Assembly (NCBI GenBank): GCA_022969175.1
Contig: JALJPB010000027.1
Span: 1 to 50,713 of the forward strand
Length of the DNA: 50,713 bases
Source: Colwellia sp.
GTDB lineage: Bacteria; Pseudomonadota; Gammaproteobacteria; Enterobacterales; Alteromonadaceae
Direction of reading: 5' to 3'
This document shows, piece after piece, positions 28,018 to 36,484 of the stretch. Each line of letters opens with the position of its first letter. Within the stretch, counting starts at the first letter, position 1. Both the position numbers and the translations under genes were made by a program. Below the pieces are notes generated by a model. The model saw only the letters and a list, made by a program, of their open reading frames with translations. It was not told the origin of the DNA and made no database searches.

Positions 28018-31000
28018 TCAATCGATATGCGTAGTCACTGCTTTATTATTCGACAACTCTCTACCAATTTTTTGTATTGCTGTTTGTGTCGAAGTTTTAC
28101 TTTCTTTAGATTCAACATTCAATGTTTTCAATGTCTCTATCATTTGTAAGTCGACCGATTTATTACTTTGCAGGGTAGTCACTAATGGTGTTATAAACCG
28201 CTCTAAATGATGTGCAAACACAGTAAGAGTATCTTCCAGTTCAGCCTTGTCGGGGTGTGCAACATTCACTTGTAGTTCAAGTGCACTAATGGCTTGGGTG
28301 AGTGTTTGTAAATCACTGGTGTTTTGTTTTGCATTCGTGTTGTTATTCTTGTCTTCTAATGAGCTGCCAATGTGGGTGAGCCCTTTTTGCAATAATGATA
28401 TTTGGCTAGCAATTACTGCCATAGGATCGTCACTATCACCAAGACTTTGATGACGTACAAAGTCTGCTTTGATTTGTTGCCAGCGGTTTAATTGCGCTTC
28501 GGTTTGGGTATTTCTTAGCTCCCCTAGTTTAAGTAAGTTTTCTTCAGCGCCCACCGTTAGCGTTTGGGCTTCTCCTCGATAATGATCAACAATCAGTTGC
28601 TCAACTTCTTCATCGGTCATCACAGGGACTACTTTTTCTGCCATTTTATTCATGTTTCGATAACTACCTTGCAGTTTGAATGGTGGTTCAGTTCGGTATT
28701 TATCATCTTGGGCGGCAGATGCTATATATTGTTCATTGGCTTTTAAAACCGTTTGTTGAATCTTACGAAGACGTTGAATCACGGCAATAATTTCATTAAT
28801 TTCTGCTTGAGAATAACTATGCTTTAATTCGGTAGCTGGTAGAGGTTCACCATCGGCCATTTTAACCAGTTGATACAGGTCATCCATGTCTCGGGTAGCT
28901 AAAGGTGCAATATAGGCGTTACTGGTTAAGCTGTTCTCTATAAAACTTAATGAAAACTCTTCTTCTCTACCACTTAAGGTGTCGCCTAAATTATAAATGT
29001 CGGCGCGGTTTGCGAGCATATCTGGAATGGTAAAGGCTTCACCTGATTCAGTGTATGGGTTACCTGCCATCACGACCGCGAATTTTTTACCACGCATGTC
29101 GTAAGTTTTGCTCTCACCATTCCATACCCCATCAACACGACGAGAGCCGTCACATAATGAAATAAATTTTTGTAAAAATTCAGGATTGGTATGCTGAATA
29201 TCATCAAGGTAGAGCATAACGTTATTACCCATTTCAAAGGATAAGTTTATTTTTTCAATTTCATTACGCGCTGTTGAATTACTGGCTTGTTCAGGGTCTA
29301 ACGATAATTGGTCATGACCTATCGAAGGGCAATTAATTTTAACAAAGGTCATACCTAGTTTGCTGGCAACATATTCGATTAATGTCGTTTTACCGTAACC
29401 CGGTGGTGAAATTAGTAATAATAAACCCATTAGATCTGAGCGTTTATTTTTGCCAGCTGAACCAATTTGTTTGGCTAAGTTAGTGCCGATAATTGGAAAA
29501 TAGACATCATTAATAAGCTTGTTTCTAACAAAAGAAGAAAGTGGGCTAGGTTTAAATTCTGCTAATTTTAACCGTTGTTTTTGTATGGTTAATACTTGCT
29601 GCTTTTGTTGGTGGAAATGGCTAAATGCCGGCACATGTTTATCCGAAAATTCACGTAATCGAGAAATAAAAGCTTGGTAACTAAAAGACAATTGTTGATT
29701 ATTAAGGCTTTTATGTTGGCCAAGTAAACCACTGACATTACAATCGGTATTTGCACTTGAAGGATAAAAAGTAAATGAACTTTCTAATGTCATTATTGTT
29801 GCCGCTTCAATGATTAGTTCATCTTCAAAATCCATTGATTGATGGCTAGCAAACGATTCCAACCAAGCGATATGTAATTGATATTTTTGCTCTAGCGATT
29901 TACAGGCAGATAAGGCAACCGTTACCTGTTCACTTAAGCTTTTATGGGTTAATTGTGTTTGTAATTGCCTAACAAGTTCTGTACTCGACTCTTTTACAAT
30001 AAAAGATAGTTTGTTATCGGAAAACTCTTGAATAAGATAGTCCGCAGCCAACGATAAATTACCTGATAACCACGGCTGCTCTTCAATAAAGTGGCTAAAG
30101 CCGACTATCAATTCTTGTGCTAATTGCTGGCGTAGTGAGGTTGAGCCAAAGGTTTTTTCCATAACATGCAAGTTATAACAGCGATTAAGCAAGTCAGTTT
30201 TCGCTTGTTCATCTACTATATTCGCTAGATAGATAACTGCAAGCCGACGTTCACTGGCGGCATAGGCTAATAAACCGACCGATTCTCGAATATCAAGCAA
30301 CTGACTGAGAATTAAGGTCGCATCTGCATCGTGAACACCTTTGTCGTAACCTTCTTGGTATCTAGGCTCTGCAGCTTTTTTAACAAGTTCAATCAGGGTA
30401 TTTTCTTTCGCCGCATTAACTAATTCATTAATAGCTGATGGACCTTTTGACTCGGCCTCAAACAACAAACTAGCTGCTAAATACTCGGCGCGGTAAACGG
30501 TGTCACTCTCTGATATAAGCGCTTGTTGCCATAAATATTCAGTGCCTTCAAATAGCTCTTTGGGCAAGGTTTCAAAGTAGTCGCTTCCACTGATGTGTAG
30601 CACCATGGAATTGTCGCGTGGTAATAGTGTTAATTCGAGCTTTTGTTTATTTACCGAGAACTGATGATCGCCAATTTTAACTAAGCTACCATCAGCAGAA
30701 TAGATATCTGTTTTATCTCTAAGCGCTCTGATACCTTGTTCTTTTGCATTTTTAACTTGTGCCTCAATATCATCGGCACGAACATTGTCGTCAAGCTCTC
30801 TTAATTGAGTTATCAGCTGACGCAGCTTGGTAACCATAGGATCGGCGGCAAAATAACTATTGAGTTTATCTTGACTTTCTATGCTTTGCGCCCGGCGATT
30901 TACCCCAGCTAAAATGCGATCTGCCGCGGTCATTAAATTTAGGCAACGACGCTGTTGAGCATCCATTAGTTGTTGTTTATGTTGCTCAAAGTTATCGTAA

Positions 31001-33252
31001 ATTTCATCACGTTTAGCTAAGATTTCATTATAAAACTCATCGTAATCGCTAAACTGACTTTCAAGATCTTCTAGCTGAATAAGTAATTGAGATAATTGTT
31101 GATCGCACGCTTGTGGTGAGTCACTGGCATTTAATGCACTGGTAACACTTTGACTTAGTAGCTTAAAGCGAGCGCCAAATTCGGCACGAGCTTCTTCACT
31201 GCCAACATTTTTTGCCGCAATGTCAGCATTGGCTTTAACGCGGTTGATTTGGCTAAAAATACTGGAGATATCTTCTAAAATTCTGGTACGTTGCCGGCTG
31301 TCTTCAATTTCTAGCGATAACATAGTGCGGTTCAGTAACTCTAATCCTGTCACTAACTCGGCAATTGAAGCTCTGATCGGCCTTAAAACGGTAATAGACT
31401 CTGCTGACTCAACGGCTTGGCTTAACTGGCTGATAGTGTCTTGATAGGGAGCTAGGGCACGGTCTTGTTGTAAAAAATCGGCTGTTGCTTGGCTATGGTT
31501 AAGTGAAAGTTGGTCTAACTCTTCAGCCATGCTTTCTATTGCTTTAATATCAACATAGCGCAGTTCTTTCAGTGAAATTAATTCCCCTTTAAAAACGGAA
31601 AGTGTCGTTAAATAATCAACATATTGCTGAGCACTATCAAATGCGGATGTGTTGGCTTCTTGTGATATTTGCTTAAGCTTTTCGTTTGCTTGAGACATTT
31701 TTTGATCTGAGCTTTTTTTAATACTAGCTACTTTTTCAAACTCATCAAGTACTAATTCAGAGGTAGCCACCACCTGCTTTATTGTCTCGTTAAGTGAGTT
31801 TAAGTGAGGATCAGTTAACCAATGATACTTGTCGAGTAATTGACTTGATTCTTTCACTAAGTCGTTAAAATGATACTCAGAGGGCTGTTTAACAGCAATT
31901 AGTTTAGCAATAGAATATAAATCAGAGATGCCCCTGACTAATTCTGGATTACCTATTTTGCCAAAAAAGCTATTATCACTGGGCTGTTGGCTAGCAAATT
32001 CTTCACTACAAAATGGCGTTTGCCAAATTTGCATGGCATGTACACGTGAAGGTTCTGTTTCTGCACTAAAGACCACAGCACGGCCATCAATATATAAGCT
32101 TTGTCCGTGACCATATATAGGATTTTGCAGGGTTCTGGTGATTAAGTTATAAGAAAATAAGGCATACTGCCCTTCATTAGGCTCATAAAAAATATAGAGA
32201 AAGTCTTCACCGTTAGGCGATTTAACAACGCGATGTAACTGTAAATCTTCGGCGCTGTCATCAAATCGCTTGTTTTCACCACTTTGTAAGTAATAGCCAC
32301 CGGGAAATATAATGCCATGATCTTCTGGTAATTGAATACAGGCATGTTCAATTGCATCTTGTCGAATTACTTGCTGAGTTTTGCAGTTAAAGATTAAATG
32401 ACGGGTTTTCTTTTCACGATAAGGCTTAATTTTTAATAAAATAAGTTCGCCAACTTTGGCGTATTGAATATCGGCATCATCTAAAGATTGATGTTCATCA
32501 TCGACCTTTTCAGAGTATATGCCTTTACCGTCTTGGGTATTGTTTTCTACTTTTAAGGTGATTGAACCACTTATTGCTTCAACAAAAAGTATATCAAATA
32601 AATTAAAATGTGGATGTTTGCCTTGTACTTGTTGCTCTCTTGAAACTTTATGCCATTCAAAATCAAAGTTTTCTGGAGCTTTAATATCACGTTCACCACG
32701 GTTATCAATGTAAGTTACTTTTTGGTTGGCATCTACGCCCCAACGAAATACTCTTACATCGTCAAGCCGTTCGCCTATTCTAAAAATAGCGAATACTTTA
32801 CTGCCCTGACGATAAACATGGGTGAGAAATGTTTTTTTATAATAGGTATAAAGTTCTTCAAAGTCGCGAACAAAATCAGCATCGGCTAAAAGACTTCCCT
32901 CATGAGGAAGGTCGATAATCTCAAATTCATCGCCGGTTTTATTTATTTTGTGCAGACTAAAAACGTCAGCAACAGTAATGTTACGTTTTAAGCCTAAAAA
33001 AACGTTATAACCAAAAAGTAAAGTATCGCCAATGGCTGCAATATCTCTGGCAACACAGTTATGCTCGGTGCGAACGCGAATTCGAGCATCAACTTGCATA
33101 TCAGTTGAACCAAATGTTGCTATTCGTTGCTCATTAAGTCCTTTGAGCTGACTATTTAACTCGCTACCTAAACTATTTAAACGGCGTTGAATTAATTCGT
33201 ATGAACCACCTTCAGCAACCGCTTGATTGGTGACATCTTCCTTATCGGTCAT
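28018..33252 (-). CDS. Giant (about 1744 aa) multidomain protein with an embedded MoxR-type AAA+ ATPase core
   Basis: Walker A LLISPPGYGKTTLIEY, Walker B VMLYLDDIQH, sensor-1 AVVMAGNPYTESGEAF, Arg in PDMLANRADIYNL (MoxR/AAA_3/AAA_5-like); about 450-aa beta-rich N-terminal region; about 550-aa coiled-coil region; about 350-aa C-terminal region. Start re-set to the second ATG (33252, GGAG RBS) of MEFYM. Confidence 0.8.
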   Translation of the reverse strand: MTDKEDVTNQAVAEGGSYELIQRRLNSLGSELNSQLKGLNEQRIATFGSTDMQVDARIRVRTEHNCVARDIAAIGDTLLFGYNVFLGLKRNITVADVFSLHKINKTGDEFEIIDLPHEGSLLADADFVRDFEELYTYYKKTFLTHVYRQGSKVFAIFRIGERLDDVRVFRWGVDANQKVTYIDNRGERDIKAPENFDFEWHKVSREQQVQGKHPHFNLFDILFVEAISGSITLKVENNTQDGKGIYSEKVDDEHQSLDDADIQYAKVGELILLKIKPYREKKTRHLIFNCKTQQVIRQDAIEHACIQLPEDHGIIFPGGYYLQSGENKRFDDSAEDLQLHRVVKSPNGEDFLYIFYEPNEGQYALFSYNLITRTLQNPIYGHGQSLYIDGRAVVFSAETEPSRVHAMQIWQTPFCSEEFASQQPSDNSFFGKIGNPELVRGISDLYSIAKLIAVKQPSEYHFNDLVKESSQLLDKYHWLTDPHLNSLNETIKQVVATSELVLDEFEKVASIKKSSDQKMSQANEKLKQISQEANTSAFDSAQQYVDYLTTLSVFKGELISLKELRYVDIKAIESMAEELDQLSLNHSQATADFLQQDRALAPYQDTISQLSQAVESAESITVLRPIRASIAELVTGLELLNRTMLSLEIEDSRQRTRILEDISSIFSQINRVKANADIAAKNVGSEEARAEFGARFKLLSQSVTSALNASDSPQACDQQLSQLLIQLEDLESQFSDYDEFYNEILAKRDEIYDNFEQHKQQLMDAQQRRCLNLMTAADRILAGVNRRAQSIESQDKLNSYFAADPMVTKLRQLITQLRELDDNVRADDIEAQVKNAKEQGIRALRDKTDIYSADGSLVKIGDHQFSVNKQKLELTLLPRDNSMVLHISGSDYFETLPKELFEGTEYLWQQALISESDTVYRAEYLAASLLFEAESKGPSAINELVNAAKENTLIELVKKAAEPRYQEGYDKGVHDADATLILSQLLDIRESVGLLAYAASERRLAVIYLANIVDEQAKTDLLNRCYNLHVMEKTFGSTSLRQQLAQELIVGFSHFIEEQPWLSGNLSLAADYLIQEFSDNKLSFIVKESSTELVRQLQTQLTHKSLSEQVTVALSACKSLEQKYQLHIAWLESFASHQSMDFEDELIIEAATIMTLESSFTFYPSSANTDCNVSGLLGQHKSLNNQQLSFSYQAFISRLREFSDKHVPAFSHFHQQKQQVLTIQKQRLKLAEFKPSPLSSFVRNKLINDVYFPIIGTNLAKQIGSAGKNKRSDLMGLLLLISPPGYGKTTLIEYVASKLGMTFVKINCPSIGHDQLSLDPEQASNSTARNEIEKINLSFEMGNNVMLYLDDIQHTNPEFLQKFISLCDGSRRVDGVWNGESKTYDMRGKKFAVVMAGNPYTESGEAFTIPDMLANRADIYNLGDTLSGREEEFSLSFIENSLTSNAYIAPLATRDMDDLYQLVKMADGEPLPATELKHSYSQAEINEIIAVIQRLRKIQQTVLKANEQYIASAAQDDKYRTEPPFKLQGSYRNMNKMAEKVVPVMTDEEVEQLIVDHYRGEAQTLTVGAEENLLKLGELRNTQTEAQLNRWQQIKADFVRHQSLGDSDDPMAVIASQISLLQKGLTHIGSSLEDKNNNTNAKQNTSDLQTLTQAISALELQVNVAHPDKAELEDTLTVFAHHLERFITPLVTTLQSNKSVDLQMIETLKTLNVESKESKTSTQTAIQKIGRELSNNKAVTTHID

Positions 33253-33341
33253 GTAAAACTCCATGATAATTGACGCCAGCCGCCTATTAACAGGCCGTTG
33301 GCTTTTACTTTTTAGTTAATATTATTGAATTGTTAACGAAA

Positions 33342-35324
33342 CTATTTAACGTTAGCGGTACTCTTGCCCGCTAAATTTAATAAACTAGCCAGCGCGCCCT
33401 TTTCAGAGTCATCAGCATTATTTAACGTTGATAATAGTTTAGCCATATTAACGTTTTTCAAGGTTTCACTTGATTGAGATGCACCAGAAAGTACACCATT
33501 GAGATCTTCCATGATGTTACGATCGCCATTAAGTTGATCTTTAAATAGCTTTTGCACTGTTTCGCTTTCATTGACTATTCCATCCAGAGACTTACCGACA
33601 GTAATCGATTTCATAAATTGATGTAAGAACTCACCATCGCCACCCATAATATTAATATTGGCATCTTGTAATGCTGTGCCTAATACTTCAGCTTGTTTTT
33701 CTGCTAAATCAACACTGTTGTTTAATTTTGCTAAAGTCAGCTCTCTTTCTTGATTTAAACGTAATCCGAAAGTTTCAAATTCTCGTGCCTGTTCAGACAT
33801 CGCATTTAATACGTCTTGTTTTTCACGCAAACCAGTGGCTTCAGCCAATGCTTTTTCTTCGATGCCTTTAGCTTCGGCAGTAAGTTTTAGCTCTAAGGTT
33901 TTAGCCTCGGCTTCTCCTTGTCTTTCGTAGGCATCAGCTTGAGCTAAAGTAATTTGAACTTCAGCCAACCCTGCAGAGGCAGCTTCAGCTTGATTACCTT
34001 CTGCTAAAATCTTTTTAGACTCAGCTTGTTTGCTGGCTGCTTTTAATTCAGCATCGGCAATGGTATGCATTTTTCGGGCAATATGTTCAGCGGCTTGTTC
34101 TTCCGCTTTTGCCGACTCAATGTCTTTGACTAGAGCTTCTTCCGCTTCAGCTTTTGCTCTAATGACTTGTTCATCTTTTAAACGATTAGCTTCTGATATC
34201 ACCCGTAAATCTTTAATTAACTCTTCTTCTACGGCAACACTTTTTTCTACTGAGATTCGTTCGCGTTGAACTTCAGCAATATTTTTACGCTCCACTTCAA
34301 GTGCTTTTTCTTTATTAATGCGCAGGATTTCAACTTCTTTTTCACGATCAATTGCTTCAACTTGGCGGGCGCGTTTTACCTTCTCTTCTTCAATAGCTAC
34401 TGCTCTTAATCTATTTTGTTCGGCAATATCGGCTTCACGTTGCTTATTTTGCTCCGCTACAGCAATGATTTGTTCAGTAGCAATGCGTGCTTGTTCAGAT
34501 TTACAGCGCTCTTCTTCAGCAATTTTTGCGGTTTCAGCTTCTTCACGCGCTTGGACCGTGGCAATTTCACGCTCTTGTTTGGCTTTAGCATCGGCAAGCT
34601 GGCGTTCTAATTCTAATGATTTTTCTTCCGCTTCAATATTTTGTCGCTTAATACGGATTTCTTCTTGACGTTTTAAGTCATTAGTTTCAACACTTTGTAC
34701 TGCAGTAAGTTCAGTAATTCGGCGGATACCTTCAGCATCCATAATATTATTAGGGTCTAAGTCATGAATAGAGGTTTGCTCTAAAAAATCAATGGCAACA
34801 TCTTCAAGCACATAACCTGATAAGTCTTGACCAATAACTTCTTTTATCTTATCTCTAAAGGTATCTCGTTGGGTAAATAACTCAGTAAAATTGAGCTGCT
34901 TACCCACAGTTTTAAGTGCTTCTGAAAATTTAGCTTCAAAAAGTTCTTGTAGCGTTTCTGGGTAAGATGAGCGATCACAACCCACTTGTTTTGCCACCCG
35001 TAAAATGTCTTCTTTGGTTTCATTAACTCGAATATAAAAAGTGATAATGATGTCAGCACGAATATTATCTTGGCAAATTAAACCTGAGCGGCCTTTTCTT
35101 TCAAGCATCATACGTTTAGTTGAAATATCCATAATTTCTTTTTTATGAATAATAGGAATAACCAGGCCACCAGTGGTACTTATTTCCGGTTCTGCTCTTA
35201 GTTTATTAATGATAAGCGCTTGGCCCTGCTCAACTTTGTGATAAAATTTTGCGACCATAATCAATAGTGAAAAAACGAATAATACGCCTACACCAATTGC
35301 GATATAAAGTGGTTCCATTACCAT
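33342..35324 (-). CDS. Flotillin-family SPFH/band-7 protein with long Ala/Glu/Lys-rich coiled coil (YqiK-like)
   Basis: N-terminal TM helix, SPFH domain (ALIINKLR...GGLVIPIIHK...), then about 350 aa of EA-rich heptads (AEAKAEEEAL...), as in YqiK/FloT; start re-set to the ATG at 35324 (AGAGGAAG RBS). Confidence 0.85.
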   Translation of the reverse strand: MVMEPLYIAIGVGVLFVFSLLIMVAKFYHKVEQGQALIINKLRAEPEISTTGGLVIPIIHKKEIMDISTKRMMLERKGRSGLICQDNIRADIIITFYIRVNETKEDILRVAKQVGCDRSSYPETLQELFEAKFSEALKTVGKQLNFTELFTQRDTFRDKIKEVIGQDLSGYVLEDVAIDFLEQTSIHDLDPNNIMDAEGIRRITELTAVQSVETNDLKRQEEIRIKRQNIEAEEKSLELERQLADAKAKQEREIATVQAREEAETAKIAEEERCKSEQARIATEQIIAVAEQNKQREADIAEQNRLRAVAIEEEKVKRARQVEAIDREKEVEILRINKEKALEVERKNIAEVQRERISVEKSVAVEEELIKDLRVISEANRLKDEQVIRAKAEAEEALVKDIESAKAEEQAAEHIARKMHTIADAELKAASKQAESKKILAEGNQAEAASAGLAEVQITLAQADAYERQGEAEAKTLELKLTAEAKGIEEKALAEATGLREKQDVLNAMSEQAREFETFGLRLNQERELTLAKLNNSVDLAEKQAEVLGTALQDANINIMGGDGEFLHQFMKSITVGKSLDGIVNESETVQKLFKDQLNGDRNIMEDLNGVLSGASQSSETLKNVNMAKLLSTLNNADDSEKGALASLLNLAGKSTANVK

Positions 35325-35426
35325 GTGTACTTCCTCTTTTTTTAAAACGGACTGCCACAACTGCCGTGACAATTTAAATAAAATTATTGTTAATGTTGTA
35401 AGTTAAGTTAGTTCTTATTGAATAAA

Positions 35427-36065
35427 TTAATGCGGGTAGGGCGCGATAATATAGGTATGGCTATCAGAGGTATATTCTATTAACAGCCCTTTATCTCCCT
35501 TGCTTAATGAATGTTGATCATCACAACGAACATCCAGTAAAATTTCAGCGCCTTCGTTAAAAACTCGTGCTTGACCAAAGCTGCCTGTTACTTTCCCTGT
35601 TACAACAGTGGCTTCACTGCCAACTAAATTCTGACTTGTTGTCGTTTCCACGCTTTTAAACATGCCTTTTAACGGTCTAATAATAACCGCCGTTATCGGA
35701 AGAGAAACTAAAAATACCACGAAGTCAGTTATTGCGCCCATTACATAATAAAGCCAGCCATCTGGCAGCCAGCTTAGTAAGTAAAACTGAAGATAAAAAC
35801 TGATTAACCAGCATATCAAAATGATAATGCTGATCACTAATGTAAAGGGAACACCTGTTAAACCAAAGGTGAGAAATAATCCGGTAAGGCCGCCAACATT
35901 TATATCTATATCGGCATCTATATCAGCGTCAACATCAATATCGCCAGCAAAGTCTAAATCGATTAAGCCTAACATACCGATAAGCCAGTAGATTACCACA
36001 ACGCCAAGCAACGTTGAGTAAATAACCGTTGGGAATTGGGAGGCAACGTTGAACAACTGATCCAT
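35427..36065 (-). CDS. NfeD-like/YqiJ-like inner-membrane protein with C-terminal OB-fold domain
   Basis: 212 aa; acidic DID repeat, four TM helices, C-terminal beta-rich domain (GSEATVVTGKVTG...RVFNEGAEILLDV); the gene immediately upstream of a flotillin mirrors E. coli yqiJ-yqiK. Confidence 0.6.
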   Translation of the reverse strand: MDQLFNVASQFPTVIYSTLLGVVVIYWLIGMLGLIDLDFAGDIDVDADIDADIDINVGGLTGLFLTFGLTGVPFTLVISIIILICWLISFYLQFYLLSWLPDGWLYYVMGAITDFVVFLVSLPITAVIIRPLKGMFKSVETTTSQNLVGSEATVVTGKVTGSFGQARVFNEGAEILLDVRCDDQHSLSKGDKGLLIEYTSDSHTYIIAPYPH

Positions 36066-36169
36066 ATTTCATCCTTAAAACTTTTCAACAATCATTGTTA
36101 AGCCATCTTTGTACTGACTGCTGGTATTGTTGATTTTTTATTATTAATTCTTATAATTACCATACGCCT

Positions 36170-36186
36170 TTGACATATTATGTCAA
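36170..36186. promoter_or_regulatory. Perfect 17-bp palindrome TTGACATA-T-TATGTCAA in the intergenic region between the yqiJ-like operon and the TonB-dependent receptor
   Basis: 8-bp arms exact reverse complements; candidate dimeric regulator operator. Confidence 0.4.
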
Positions 36187-36484
36187 GATGATAATAATTA
36201 AGTGGACGTAAATTAGCACAGTTGTTAAAAAATATCTGCTGTAATTTCATCGTAAATTTTAAAGATATGCTCTTAAGGAGCTTAAGTAATTTATAGCAGA
36301 GGAAAATAGCTTAATCAGTAAGCAGATAAATTTAATTAACCCGATAATTTATTCGTTTGAAGGTGTTTACCACTGAAAATAATTATCTAAATTAATATAT
36401 TTATTGAAAAAGTTAATGGGATTCATTTCAGTTAACAATAATTGGACTATATTTAAAGTATCTAGTTTAGTACTTGAAGGTATT

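Noticed and set aside
27875-28210. 111-aa plus-strand ORF
   Set aside because: Lies antisense over the 3' end of the giant AAA+ gene and across the bidirectional terminator; no RBS; Cys/Leu/Ile-rich low-complexity translation. Judged spurious.
28247-32889. Several short ORFs on both strands inside the giant gene (28247, 28564, 31220, 31928, 32142, 32519, 32650)
   Set aside because: Embedded in a continuous 5.2-kb reading frame with clear AAA+ motifs; none has independent support.
33671-34668. Four plus-strand ORFs (64 to 116 aa) within the flotillin gene
   Set aside because: Antisense to the Ala/Glu-rich coiled-coil repeats; Ser/Ala/Phe low-complexity products.
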